Below, piece by piece: positions 53,148-63,339 of a stretch of 64,000 nt of DNA (the first letter of the stretch is position 1; each line of letters opens with the position of its first letter). Position numbers and translations under genes: made by a program. Below the pieces are notes generated by a model. That model was not told the DNA's origin. It ran no database searches and saw nothing but the letters and a program-made list of their open reading frames with translations. This stretch comes from an uncultured Chitinophaga sp. (GTDB lineage: Bacteria; Planctomycetota; Planctomycetia; Planctomycetales; Planctomycetaceae), in assembly GCA_964517865.1 (NCBI GenBank), contig CAZFDW010000001.1, positions 82-64,081 on the forward strand. Reading direction: 5' to 3'.

Positions 53148-55892
53148 ATGGAAAACCTGGACATCAGGACCGCCGAACTGCTCCGACTGGAACAGGAAGA
53201 AGCCCGCGCAGAAGGTGCAAACTGGAAACACTGGGGGCCGTATCTTTCCGAACGCCAGTGGGGCACAGTGCGTGAAGACTACTCGCACGACGGCACGCCG
53301 TGGTCGTCCTTTCCGCACGATCATGCTCGCGGCCGCGCCTACCGATGGGGGGAAGACGGTCTGCTGGGGATCAGCGACCGTCAGTGCCGCCTGTGTTTCG
53401 CGCTGGCGCTTTGGAACGGACGCGATCCGATTCTGAAGGAGCGATTGTTCGGGGTCAACGGGCACGAAGGCAATCATGGCGAAGACGTGAAGGAAGAATA
53501 CTTTTATCTGGATTCTACCCCGACTCATTCGTACATGAAGGCTTTGTACAAGTATCCGCAGGCCGAGTATCCTTATGCAAAGCTGGTCGCCGACAATCAG
53601 TATCGCAGTCGTCATCTGCCGGAACTGGAACTGGTTGATACGGGAGTTTTTGACCGCAGCCGATATTTCGACGTGTTTGCAGAATACGCAAAAGCGGCTC
53701 CGGACGACATCCTGATCCGCATCACGATCGCCAATCGTGGCCCGGCTCTGGCAACGATCCATGTGCTGCCGACGCTGTGGTTTCGGAATACCTGGACGTG
53801 GGGTTCAGAGTACGAAGGCGGCTGGCCCAGGCCTCAAATGTCTCTCGATGAACACAATCAGGTTGTCGCCGAACACCTGACTCTGGGACGGTATCATTTG
53901 GCTGCCGAGTCGAATTCGGCGGGCAAGGCCGTGCGTTGGTTGTTCACGGAAAACGAATCCAATCCCAGGTATCTGCATGATCCCGAGCTGGGCGGAAAGT
54001 ACTCCAAGGATGCGTTTCATAGTTACGTGGTCAACCGCAGAATCAATGCCGTCAATCCCGACGATGAAGGCACGAAAGCCGCTGCGATGTACCGCCTCAT
54101 GCTGCGCGCCGGTGAAGAAGTGACGCTGCAACTGCGACTGTGGAAGGCCGGTTCCGAGCCAGCCGAAGTTTTTGGATCGACATTTTCCGAGATCTTTGAC
54201 CTTCGAAGAGCAGAAGCAGACGGCTTTTACGCACACAAAATTCCCGCAAATCTGCCGGAAGAGTCGCGTCGCATTCTGCGGCAGGCGTATGCCGGTCTGA
54301 TGTGGACGAAGCAATTCTATTACTACGTCGTCAATGAATGGCTCAACGGCGACGCAAACATGCCTGCCGTTGCCGGTTCGCGACGCCCGATCCGCAACAG
54401 CGACTGGCAGCACCTGTTCAATCGCGACATCATTTCCGTCCCGGACAAATGGGAATACCCGTGGTACGCTGCATGGGATCTGGCATTCCACATGGTTCCA
54501 ATGGCGGACATCGACAATCGTTTTGCGCGTGATCAGCTCATCCTGTTTCTGCGTGAATGGTACATGCACGCGAACGGCCAGATTCCGGCCTACGAATGGA
54601 ATTTCAGCGACGTGAATCCTCCGGTTCATGCCTGGGCCTGCTGGCGAGTTTACAAACAAACAGGGCTTCCAGGACACCGCGACCGACTCTTTCTGGCCAG
54701 AACATTTCAGAAGCTGACCGTAAATTTCACATGGTGGGTCAATCGCAAGGATGTCCTTGGAAAGCATGTCTTCACCGGCGGATTCCTCGGGCTGGATAAC
54801 ATCGGCGTCTTTGACCGATCCAGGCCATTGCCGACAGGCGGGCATCTGCATCAGGCTGACGGCACGGCATGGATGGGGTTCTTCTGCGCGCGAATGCTGA
54901 CGATGGCACTCGAACTGGCAAGTCAGAATCCCGCGTACGCCGACATGGCATCGAAATTCTTTGAACACTACATCGAAATCGCCGACGCGATGAATGCCCA
55001 CTCGGATGTCGGCCTGTGGGACGAACAGGATGGGTTTTACTACGACCATCTCTACAACAACGGCGAACACATCCCCCTCCGCGTACGTTCCATGGTGGGA
55101 GTCATCCCTCTGTTTACGTCGATTATTCTGAGCGACCATGTGCTCGACAATCTGCCGGGATTCCGTCGGCGGATGGAATGGTTTTTGCAACACCGCAGCG
55201 AACGTCTGAAGAACATCACCTTTATGCAGCGCTCAGCGGCGGCTGATGAAACTCGCCCGGCTCGGGGATTAAGATTGCTGGCAATTCCGACCCGCGAACG
55301 CATGGAACGAATGTTGAAATATCTGCTGGACGAAAAAGAGTTCCTGTCGCCGTACGGAATCAGGTCTATGTCGCAGATTCATGAATCGCAGCCGTTCATA
55401 TTCTATGTGGACGGACACGAGCATCGAGTCAACTATGTCCCAGGCGACTCCGACTCATCCATGTTCGGTGGCAACAGCAACTGGCGCGGACCAGTCTGGT
55501 TTCCGCTCAACTATCTGCTCATTGAATCGCTCGAACGCTATGACGAATTCTACGGCGAGGACTTCAAGGTCGAATGCCCGACCGGTTCGGGCGTGATGAT
55601 GACTCTCGGGCAGGTGGCTGAAGAGCTGATGCGGCGTCAGATCAATCTGTTTCTGCCCGATGAAGCTGGCAATCGCCCGTGCCACGGAGACGACTCTCGA
55701 TTCCAGCGCGACGCACACTGGAAAGATCTGTTGCTGTTTCACGAGTACTTCCACGGCGAAACAGGTCAGGGCCTCGGAGCGACTCATCAGACCGGCTGGA
55801 CCGCGCTGGTCGCGAAACTGATCGGTAAACTGCATCGCCGCAATGCGGAAACCGCCGGAAGAGCAGCGGCTGCCGCATCAGCGGAATTGTGA
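53148..55892 (+). CDS. GH63-like / MGH1-like (alpha/alpha)6-barrel glycoside hydrolase
   Basis: DKWEYPWYAAWDLAFH and GGNSNWRGPVWFPLNYLLIESL motifs, typical of the ~900-aa bacterial glucosidase family as I remember it. Confidence 0.65.
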   Translation: MENLDIRTAELLRLEQEEARAEGANWKHWGPYLSERQWGTVREDYSHDGTPWSSFPHDHARGRAYRWGEDGLLGISDRQCRLCFALALWNGRDPILKERLFGVNGHEGNHGEDVKEEYFYLDSTPTHSYMKALYKYPQAEYPYAKLVADNQYRSRHLPELELVDTGVFDRSRYFDVFAEYAKAAPDDILIRITIANRGPALATIHVLPTLWFRNTWTWGSEYEGGWPRPQMSLDEHNQVVAEHLTLGRYHLAAESNSAGKAVRWLFTENESNPRYLHDPELGGKYSKDAFHSYVVNRRINAVNPDDEGTKAAAMYRLMLRAGEEVTLQLRLWKAGSEPAEVFGSTFSEIFDLRRAEADGFYAHKIPANLPEESRRILRQAYAGLMWTKQFYYYVVNEWLNGDANMPAVAGSRRPIRNSDWQHLFNRDIISVPDKWEYPWYAAWDLAFHMVPMADIDNRFARDQLILFLREWYMHANGQIPAYEWNFSDVNPPVHAWACWRVYKQTGLPGHRDRLFLARTFQKLTVNFTWWVNRKDVLGKHVFTGGFLGLDNIGVFDRSRPLPTGGHLHQADGTAWMGFFCARMLTMALELASQNPAYADMASKFFEHYIEIADAMNAHSDVGLWDEQDGFYYDHLYNNGEHIPLRVRSMVGVIPLFTSIILSDHVLDNLPGFRRRMEWFLQHRSERLKNITFMQRSAAADETRPARGLRLLAIPTRERMERMLKYLLDEKEFLSPYGIRSMSQIHESQPFIFYVDGHEHRVNYVPGDSDSSMFGGNSNWRGPVWFPLNYLLIESLERYDEFYGEDFKVECPTGSGVMMTLGQVAEELMRRQINLFLPDEAGNRPCHGDDSRFQRDAHWKDLLLFHEYFHGETGQGLGATHQTGWTALVAKLIGKLHRRNAETAGRAAAAASAEL

Positions 55893-55907
55893 GTCTGCGC
55901 AATCAGA

Positions 55908-56106
55908 GGCGAGCGGCAGGGCGTCAGCCCTCCGTGTCCGTCTCAGCGTCTCAGCAAATCATCCCACCCCTCGCCAAATGCGAGACGACGGCTTCGCCAC
56001 CAACCGAAAAGTCGTAGACAGATTTCGCTGAAATCTGTTGCGCCGACTTCGGCGAAGTCGGCCTACACCGATTGCAGCACGGAGGGCTGACGCCCAGCCG
56101 CTCGCC
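55908..56106. repeat. 29-bp inverted repeat flanking a 141-bp segment that holds two 9-bp hairpins
   Basis: Arms GGCGAGCGGCAGGGCGTCAGCCCTCCGTG at 55908-55936 and 56078-56106 (1 mismatch). Inner hairpins ACAGATTTC/GAAATCTGT (~56019-56040) and GCCGACTTC/GAAGTCGGC (~56042-56062). Lies between convergent genes. Confidence 0.8.
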
Positions 56107-56118
56107 AAACGTCCCCAA

Positions 56119-57063
56119 CTACCCGCATTCCAGAATCCACACCGACAGGTGGCAGGAATCTTTGAGTTGATCGGCGACCGACTGTGCATCAAGGCGGCTC
56201 GTGGCGACAACGTACACCGTTGATCCGCTACCGGACATGAACGCGGGACGGTGGACGGACTGGGGAATGCGCTTGAGCAACGCGGCCATGGCCGGATTGA
56301 GGTCCGACGCGGCGTCCGTCAGCCGATTGAAGATCCGTGATGGCAGATTCCCGGTACCGTTCGCGACAGAGTCGACCAGTGCCGTCGACGAACGGGAGGT
56401 CGTTGGAATTACCGTCTGTCGAAAGACGGCCGCGGTGGAATTTCCGGCACGTGGCCGGAGTGCGACGAAATACAGCTTCCGGGCGACCCGGATCGGCTCA
56501 ATGATTTCACCTCGACCGCGACACACGGCAGCTGGCGCACCGCTGAGCAGAAAATTGATGTCGCTGCCCAGGGTGGCGGCGATCGCATGCAATTGGTCGT
56601 CGGAAATGTCCGCGTTCCAGAGTTGACGGCATCCAAGCAACGTGGTCGCAGCGTTGCTCGAGCCGCCTCCGAGTCCCGATTCGGGCGGGATGCGTTTGTG
56701 CAGAATGATGTGGGCACCGAACAATGTGCCGGTAGATTTCTGGAGGGCTCGGGCAGCTTTCAGAACGAGATTTGTGTCATCGAGCGGAATACCGGAACGC
56801 ATGTCGGCCGGAGTCGCATCGCTCAGGCTGAGCGTCAATTCGGACGACGACGCTGGCTGAAACGTCAACTGGTCGCTGAATTGTGTGCGCAGCATGACGG
56901 TTTCCAGCTCGTGAAAACCATCGTGGCGTTTCCCCAGTACCTCAAGAAAGATGTTGAGCTTTGCAGGACTACTGAGCGTGAAATGCGGCGTAATTCGTGC
57001 CGGAGAGCCGTCGCAACCTGCGATGTGACCATCTCGGCACGATCCCTGTAGATTTGGCTTCAC
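56119..57063 (-). CDS. ispE: 4-diphosphocytidyl-2-C-methyl-D-erythritol kinase
   Basis: SPAKLNIFLEVLGKRHDGFHELETVM and IPPESGLGGGSSNAATTL (GHMP kinase motif). Confidence 0.85.
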   Translation of the reverse strand: MKPNLQGSCRDGHIAGCDGSPARITPHFTLSSPAKLNIFLEVLGKRHDGFHELETVMLRTQFSDQLTFQPASSSELTLSLSDATPADMRSGIPLDDTNLVLKAARALQKSTGTLFGAHIILHKRIPPESGLGGGSSNAATTLLGCRQLWNADISDDQLHAIAATLGSDINFLLSGAPAAVCRGRGEIIEPIRVARKLYFVALRPRAGNSTAAVFRQTVIPTTSRSSTALVDSVANGTGNLPSRIFNRLTDAASDLNPAMAALLKRIPQSVHRPAFMSGSGSTVYVVATSRLDAQSVADQLKDSCHLSVWILECG

Positions 57064-57161
57064 TGCAATTCCTGCGCAAGCGATTTATTTATTGGACTGG
57101 AAGACAAGGTTGACCACAGAGTAGTACATCCGTGGTTAAAACTTCTTTCCCGCCCCTTCTT

Positions 57162-57182
57162 GGGTTGCGGGCGAAGCCCGCG
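57162..57182 (+). repeat. GGGTTGCGGGC-GA-AGCCCGCG hairpin motif, copy 1
   Basis: 6-bp GC stem GCGGGC/GCCCGC with a 3-nt loop. Same 21-mer family as 57360-57380. Confidence 0.7.
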
Positions 57183-57359
57183 CTGGGTCCTCTGTGACTT
57201 TTCGTGGCCAGCAAAACCGCGATTGCGCGTGCCTTTGCTTCTAGCCACAAAGAGACACAAGATACACAAAAAAGAACAGTGACAGAGACTACGTCGTTTT
57301 TCGGATCAGGATGCAACCTCGTCTCAACGTCTTCCCGGCACGGAGTGACGGGCAACTAT

Positions 57360-57380
57360 GGGTTGCGGGCAGAGCCCGCG
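57360..57380 (+). repeat. GGGTTGCGGGC-AG-AGCCCGCG hairpin motif, copy 2
   Basis: Direct repeat of the 57162-57182 motif, 198 bp downstream in the same intergenic region. Confidence 0.7.
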
Positions 57381-57501
57381 TTAAGAATTTTCCAGGTCTG
57401 ACTCGCTCTCTCAGAGCGGCTTGAGCAATGGACCGTTCGGCCAGATGTGTTGTGTGTGGTGCGGGCGTTGACAGGAATGCGAGACGGCGGAGCAACGTCG
57501 C

Positions 57502-58545
57502 CTACGTTAACAGACCGGTGTCGGGTGAAGATGATCGGGCATAGTCCTGCATCTCCTGCAACGCTTCGTGGACGGTGCGGACTTCGATGTCATCAAAAGT
57601 GGCTCGCACTGGCAGCGTCGTCAGTTGATGGGTTCGCGTCTCTCGAAAACGGCTGTCGGCAATCTGAAACTGCCATACCAGGAGCATGACGCCGCAACAG
57701 ACCCCAATCCCGATCCATGTCATCCACGGATTCATCTCCGACGCTCGGGATACAAATTTCTGAGGTGGCAGATAATGAATGCGACCGGCAAGAAACAACG
57801 CCGTGAGTCCAAGTTCGCCTTCACCAGATTTTCCATTCGCGGCGTATCCCTCACGCTTGAAAAAATATCCTGTCATTTCGACATCCGGCGCTTCGACACC
57901 GCCTGATTCCGGATTCGGAAGACCAGCATCGGCTGAAACTGCGACGACATGCACTACCTGGTTGCCTGAATCGCGTGTTGAAATCCATGCATCGTAAGCC
58001 GACTTAAGCCCGAACGACTCAGACGACTGATCAATCGCAAACGGCGTCAGACGACGCAACCGACCTCGCAATGTGAAAGCACGGCCACGACAGGACTGCG
58101 GCGAATCCATAAACAACGTAAACTGAGCGTTGGGCAACGTCTGCAAATCACTCGTCTTCAGCTTCTGTGACATCCGCAGAGTGCCGTACCACGCCGGCAT
58201 CTCTGATGACAACACGCCGAGCACATCGTCGCGAATCGTGCGAGTTAACACCTGAGGAATCATGGCAACTCCAGTGACATCCGTCTGCACTCCGGATTCC
58301 ATTTCTGCGACGCCTGCCTTATCCAGCAGCGACGAATACTTGCTGGCAATTTCGTTCGCTTCGGTCGGCACGACTCGGAATTCATCGGAACGCAGCGTGT
58401 TCGCTGCCAGCAGACTTTCACTGATCGCTGGTGGCTGCGGGACGGTAGCGGCAGTGTTCGAAAACAAGTCGAACAGGAATCCGGATTTGCCAGTGACCGA
58501 CAGCAACAACACGACCAGTCCGATGCCAACGACAATAAAGGTCAT
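57502..58545 (-). CDS. Hypothetical membrane protein (N-terminal and C-terminal TM helices)
   Basis: ATG 58545 gives MTFIVVGIGLVVLLLSV (TM). A second TM is WMTWIGIGVCCGVMLLVW. No family recognised. Confidence 0.5.
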   Translation of the reverse strand: MTFIVVGIGLVVLLLSVTGKSGFLFDLFSNTAATVPQPPAISESLLAANTLRSDEFRVVPTEANEIASKYSSLLDKAGVAEMESGVQTDVTGVAMIPQVLTRTIRDDVLGVLSSEMPAWYGTLRMSQKLKTSDLQTLPNAQFTLFMDSPQSCRGRAFTLRGRLRRLTPFAIDQSSESFGLKSAYDAWISTRDSGNQVVHVVAVSADAGLPNPESGGVEAPDVEMTGYFFKREGYAANGKSGEGELGLTALFLAGRIHYLPPQKFVSRASEMNPWMTWIGIGVCCGVMLLVWQFQIADSRFRETRTHQLTTLPVRATFDDIEVRTVHEALQEMQDYARSSSPDTGLLT

Positions 58546-58967
58546 GCGACGTTGACTGCGTGCGAGCGACTCTCCACCGGTTTTCCCTCGTGATCGAAAT
58601 CTCACGGCATGACTCCTGTTGATGCATGGCAGACATGCTGCGGCAAATTCTGACCCGCAGCAACCAAGACCATCCTGGCGTTGCTTTCGGCCTGCCGCTA
58701 ACAATACAGCACAAGCGGATTGTATGCTGGTTTCGGTGGTAGACTCAAGCCAATCCCCCCATTGTACTGCCAATGCCCTGAGAACGTCTGACGAAGCCAG
58801 CGCCTTCCGCTACCTTCTGTTCAGAACACTTCATTTGTCGATGGACCGGAATCAATGTTGGTGTGACGTTGGCAACAAAGCTACAATTCCTCTCGTACGG
58901 CGCAGATTCTGAACCTTATTAGTGGTACGGAATCCCAAGTGAACTCAGACTGGATACGGAAACCAAC

Positions 58968-59354
58968 ATGGCCATGAAACATGGGGTGCGGTTCGAACGG
59001 ATTGTGGATGCCGTTCGGCCGCAGATTACGGAATGTACGATTGCGGACGTTGTCGTTCGGCAAAAGCGCGGGGATCAATTTGTCCTGGTCGATGTGCGCG
59101 AGGAAAGCGAATTTAACGCCGCGAGGATTCCTGGGGCCGTTCATATCGGTAAGGGAGTGATTGAACGCGACATTGAAGCAAAGATCCCCGACACGGCAGC
59201 GCCAATTGTGCTGTACTGCGGCGGCGGATATCGGTCGGCCCTGGCGGCATTGAATCTGCAGCAGATGGGCTATACCAATGTGATCTCAATGGACGGTGGA
59301 TTTCGTAGCTGGAAGGAAGCGGGTCTTGCAGTGGATGCAACTTCCGGTGTCTGA
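58968..59354 (+). CDS. Rhodanese-like domain protein (sulfurtransferase)
   Basis: FVLVDVREESEFNAARIPGAVHI and active-site loop YCGGGYRS. Confidence 0.85.
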   Translation: MAMKHGVRFERIVDAVRPQITECTIADVVVRQKRGDQFVLVDVREESEFNAARIPGAVHIGKGVIERDIEAKIPDTAAPIVLYCGGGYRSALAALNLQQMGYTNVISMDGGFRSWKEAGLAVDATSGV

Positions 59355-59373
59355 TTCGATCTGGAGCAAATTG

Positions 59374-60372
59374 ATGTACAACAAGAGCATGGAACCATCA
59401 GAACAGGGAAGATCCGGCATCCGATACTCGGTCGCACTGGGGCTGATGCTGGCGGCTGCTGGCTGCGGTGGTGATACACCTTCCGCCACACCCCGGACGG
59501 ATTCCGCCACGCCGTCGATATCCGCCGCTGCCGAACCTGTCGCTGCGAAACCGGTAACAACTTCGCCGCAAAATGAGAAAGCTGCTGCGAACCCGGAAAA
59601 AACATTCGACTTCAAGCCCCTCGCGCTGAGTGCCATCGGGGGAGCAACTGCCGATGCAACAACCGCCGGGTCGAAACCGGACCCGGAGCAGCAGATTCGG
59701 ACCGTCATTACCAGACTGCAGCCGTTGCAGATTTTGCTCGGGCAATGGCGCGGCACCACGCGGCGGGAATACGAAAACTTTAAGGCAGTGGACATTCACG
59801 AATGGGTGTGGGATCTTCGTACTAATCCTGCACAACCGGCGTTGACGATTCAGTCTGACAAGAGTCCCTACGTAAAAACTGGCCGTCTGACATGGGATTC
59901 GGAGCAGAACAGGTTTGCCATGACAGTCTCAGATCCTGGCGGTACGGCACGACAGTTCACGGGTGACTTCACCGAACCTGTCCACGAAATTGTCGGCAGC
60001 GACGACAAACTGCACAGAGTCTTTCGCCTCGAATTCAATCAGATCGAAAACGGCGAAAGCGGTGAACTCTGGCAGCTTGCGTTCGCACAGCAGGAAAACA
60101 ATCGGTATCTACTGGAAGTCGGCAAACGGCGAGGTAAAGCCGATTTCACGCGTTTTGATACCGTTTCCACACAACGCGAAGGGACTTCGTTTGCGGTCAG
60201 TGATACCGGGTACGCGGAAAAAACCTGCATCATTTCCGAAGGACTCGGCACCACGGAAGTCACATACAAGGGCCGATCGTACTGGGTGTGCTGCACCGGC
60301 TGCAAAGCGGCGTTCGAAGAAGATCCTGACACCTGGATCGCTCGTGCGGCGAAAAAGAATGTGCCAAAGTAG
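59374..60372 (+). CDS. Lipoprotein with a C-terminal YHS/TRASH-type metal-binding domain
   Basis: Lipobox LMLAAAGC. C-terminal TYKGRSYWVCCTGCKAAFEEDPDTWI is YHS-like. Confidence 0.6.
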   Translation: MYNKSMEPSEQGRSGIRYSVALGLMLAAAGCGGDTPSATPRTDSATPSISAAAEPVAAKPVTTSPQNEKAAANPEKTFDFKPLALSAIGGATADATTAGSKPDPEQQIRTVITRLQPLQILLGQWRGTTRREYENFKAVDIHEWVWDLRTNPAQPALTIQSDKSPYVKTGRLTWDSEQNRFAMTVSDPGGTARQFTGDFTEPVHEIVGSDDKLHRVFRLEFNQIENGESGELWQLAFAQQENNRYLLEVGKRRGKADFTRFDTVSTQREGTSFAVSDTGYAEKTCIISEGLGTTEVTYKGRSYWVCCTGCKAAFEEDPDTWIARAAKKNVPK

Positions 60373-60463
60373 AGTGGAACCAGCGTATTGCGGGCCAGCG
60401 CATCGGCCCTCGATTTGATCGCAACTTGTATCAGCCGCAGTGCGCTAGCGGGGTGTTGATTTT

Positions 60464-60529
60464 ATACCAACCCGAAGCGCCAGCGAGGCGGAAAAGGCCG
60501 AAATCCTCGCTGGCGCTTCGGGTTAGTAT
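60464..60529. repeat. 25-bp inverted repeat (ATACCAACCCGAAGCGCCAGCGAGG)
   Basis: Arms at 60464-60488 and 60505-60529 with 1 mismatch and a 16-nt loop, about 90 nt downstream of the lipoprotein stop. Confidence 0.8.
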
Positions 60530-60695
60530 GAGTTTCGGTTCGAAAACAAGACTAAATCAACAGACGGCTGATCGAAGAAATCGAGTGCCATTATACCTCA
60601 CCCGGCCATGAGTGACACGTTTTTGAAAACCTGAAAAGCGACATGTTCGAGGAGCGTTCTCATTTGCTTTCCGTTGCGTTGTTTTTCGTGTGTTT

Positions 60696-60767
60696 CATTC
60701 GGTTGTCCCCATTCGGTTGTCTCCCGGCGTCGCGTGAAATGGACAACCGAATAGGGACAACCGAATG
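60696..60767. promoter_or_regulatory. Four copies of the 12-mer CATTCGGTTGTC arranged as 2 direct + 2 inverted (26-bp arms, 20-bp spacer); candidate operator or structured RNA
   Basis: Left arm at 60696-60721 is CATTCGGTTGTC-CC-CATTCGGTTGTC. Right arm at 60742-60767 is its reverse complement with 1 mismatch. It lies 215 bp upstream of coaX. Confidence 0.6.
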
Positions 60768-60981
60768 CACAGAATTGCCGGGAACACCGGGGCGGAACAC
60801 TCGCCATCGGCGTGAACGGCGCGTGTCGATTCTTGAAGACGTTGACGCAGATAGTGTCCAATTGTGTCATTCCAGCCCGCGCGCGGTATGTACTACACGC
60901 GGTCGAAAGTGACATGAACCCGAAGCGTCACAATCCAGTACTCGCAAAAGTGTCATTTTGGACCGCGCGGAGTGTAATTCC

Positions 60982-61791
60982 ATGAATCACCCTTTCAACG
61001 TCCTCGCGATCGACATCGGCAACACTCGCGCGAAGTTTGGTATTTTTCACGTCAATCACGAGAACTCCGTTAAGCCCGGCAGTATCGTGGCGTGTGTGCC
61101 GTGTCAGACAACGAGCCTTGCGGACGAACTGCTGGCGTGGTGGCGGACGCAGCAGTTGCCCGCTCCGATTCAGGCAGTGATTGCCGGTAGTGACCCTGAA
61201 ACCCGGGATCAGTTGATTCGTGCGTGGCCGTTGGCGGAATGCCGACCTGCTGCTGTTGTCAGCTTTCAACAGATTCCGATCACGGTCGATGTTGACGTTC
61301 CCGCCCGAGTCGGCATTGATCGTTTGTTGAATGTATTCGCTGCCGGTCGGCTGCTGGCAAAGGATCGCTCAGTCATTGTTGTCGATTCCGGCACCGCGAC
61401 AACCGTTGATCTGATGACAGCAGACCAGACCTTTCGCGGCGGCAGTATACTTCCGGGACTGCGACTTTCGGCGTACGCGATGCACGACTACACCGCCAGA
61501 CTGCCGTTGATTAACGTCGATGATGAACCTGCCCAACTTCCCGACGTCCCTGGGCGCAACACGGAAGACGCGATGCGGGCAGGACTGTTCATCGGGCAGT
61601 TGGGAGCCGTGCGAGAACTTGTCAATCGGTTGACTGTTGCCGCCATTGATCAATTCGGGGAACCAGATCCTCCAACGATTGTCGTCACCGGAGGCGGCGG
61701 TCGCCAACTGGTGCATCACCTTGCCGGAGCCACATTTATTGACAGCCTCGCCCTGCATGGGCTGGCCTCGCTCGCCCACCTGCCGACGTAG
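60982..61791 (+). CDS. coaX: Type III pantothenate kinase
   Basis: VLAIDIGNTRAKFGIF, VVDSGTATTVD and GGSILPG motifs. Confidence 0.85.
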   Translation: MNHPFNVLAIDIGNTRAKFGIFHVNHENSVKPGSIVACVPCQTTSLADELLAWWRTQQLPAPIQAVIAGSDPETRDQLIRAWPLAECRPAAVVSFQQIPITVDVDVPARVGIDRLLNVFAAGRLLAKDRSVIVVDSGTATTVDLMTADQTFRGGSILPGLRLSAYAMHDYTARLPLINVDDEPAQLPDVPGRNTEDAMRAGLFIGQLGAVRELVNRLTVAAIDQFGEPDPPTIVVTGGGGRQLVHHLAGATFIDSLALHGLASLAHLPT

Positions 61792-61860
61792 CTCAGTCGC
61801 TCCGACAGCGTTGCATGGCGATACGACGGACAAGAATGTCCATCCTGTGGAACTGCAGGT

Positions 61861-63339
61861 TCACCCCATGCTCATCGTCACGGTCTTCAGTTCGGTATAA
61901 TTTGCCAGCCCTGCTGCACCCAATTCCCGTCCGATACCGCTCATTTTAAAACCACCAAACGGTGCGGCGGCATCAAAGACGTCGTAGCAGTTCACCCAGA
62001 CAGTTCCGGCCCGAACACTTGCGGCGACCTGATGGGCTTTCTTCACGTCGCGCGTCCAGACGGCGGCGGCAAGTCCGTAGCAGGTATCATTGGCACGCTT
62101 GATCACTTCGGCAGCACTCCTGAACTTCAGGACGCTCAGCACCGGGCCAAAGATTTCTTCGCGCGCAATATCCATCGTGTCGGAAACGTCAGTAAACACG
62201 GTGGGTTCGACGAAGAATCCGCGTCGGCCGTATCGTCTGCCTCCGGTGACGCAGTTTGCACCCTGTGCCTGACCGCGATCGATGTAGCTCATAATTTTGT
62301 CGAGTTGAGCCTGATCAATTTGAGGGCCCTGATTCGTTTCCACATCGAACGGATTTCCCAGCACGCGTTGTTGAGCGCGCTGCACGATGCGTTCGACAAA
62401 TTCGTCGTGGATAGATTCTTCAACGAACAATCGACTGCCGGCACAGCAGCATTGGCCCTGATTGAAGAACAGGCCAAACTCTGCTCCGGCAGCTGCAGCG
62501 TCCAGATCGGCATCAGCGAATACGATGTTCGGGCTCTTGCCACCGAGTTCAAACGTGAGCCGCTTCAACGTGTCGGCCGCTTCGCGCATAATGATTTTTG
62601 CCGTCAATCCTTCGCCCGTGAACGCAATCTTATCGACTTGCAGATGCTTCACCAGTGCGGCACCGGCAGTTGGGCCGTAACCTGGGACAACATTGATCAC
62701 GCCGGGAGGAAAGCCGGCTTCCAGCGCCAGCTCGGCCAGACGCAGACAACTCAGCGGCGTTTGTTCAGCAGGTTTCATGACGATCGTATTGCCGGTCGCC
62801 AATGCGGGGCCCCACTTCCACGCGACCATCAGCAGTGGAAAATTCCATGGGATAATCTGGCCGCAGACGCCGATCGGTTCTCGTCGTGTATAACAGAAAT
62901 AATCACCACGAATCGGAATCGTGTCGCCGTGAATCTTGTCCGCCCAACCCGCGTAGTAGCGCAGACAATCGATGGCCAGCGGCAAATCTGCAGCGCGAGA
63001 ATCGTTGATGGGCTTGCCGTTGTCCAGAGTTTCCAGTGCGGCAAGTTCGTCCAGATGCTGCTCTGCCAGATCGGCCAGTTTGTGCAGTAAGCGACCACGA
63101 TCACGAGCATCCATGCGTGACCACGGCCCGGTTTCAAATGCTGCCCGTGCCGCATGAACGGCAAGATCCACGTCGGCGGCATCACCCTCGGCCACTTCGC
63201 AGATAACTTCTTCCGTGGCGGGATTGATCGTCTTGAAAGTCTTTCCGCTGACTGACGACCGAAACTCGTCACCGATCAGAATGCCCGTCTGACGAATTTT
63301 CGGGGCGGCGACGTGGGTAGCTTCGACAATTGTGGACAT
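61861..63339 (-). CDS. NAD(P)+-dependent aldehyde dehydrogenase
   Basis: [23 protein letters not shown] (catalytic Glu) and [13 protein letters not shown] (catalytic Cys). ATG 63339 (MSTIVEATH) lies within the longer ORF. Confidence 0.9.
   Translation of the reverse strand: MSTIVEATHVAAPKIRQTGILIGDEFRSSVSGKTFKTINPATEEVICEVAEGDAADVDLAVHAARAAFETGPWSRMDARDRGRLLHKLADLAEQHLDELAALETLDNGKPINDSRAADLPLAIDCLRYYAGWADKIHGDTIPIRGDYFCYTRREPIGVCGQIIPWNFPLLMVAWKWGPALATGNTIVMKPAEQTPLSCLRLAELALEAGFPPGVINVVPGYGPTAGAALVKHLQVDKIAFTGEGLTAKIIMREAADTLKRLTFELGGKSPNIVFADADLDAAAAGAEFGLFFNQGQCCCAGSRLFVEESIHDEFVERIVQRAQQRVLGNPFDVETNQGPQIDQAQLDKIMSYIDRGQAQGANCVTGGRRYGRRGFFVEPTVFTDVSDTMDIAREEIFGPVLSVLKFRSAAEVIKRANDTCYGLAAAVWTRDVKKAHQVAASVRAGTVWVNCYDVFDAAAPFGGFKMSGIGRELGAAGLANYTELKTVTMSMG

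Noticed and set aside
53805-55193. 462-aa minus-strand ORF (also 53055-53762)
   Set aside because: Both are antisense to the GH63-like glycosidase, which carries clear family motifs. The shadow translations have none.
62032-63090. 352-aa plus-strand ORF
   Set aside because: It is antisense to the aldehyde dehydrogenase gene. It has no motifs.
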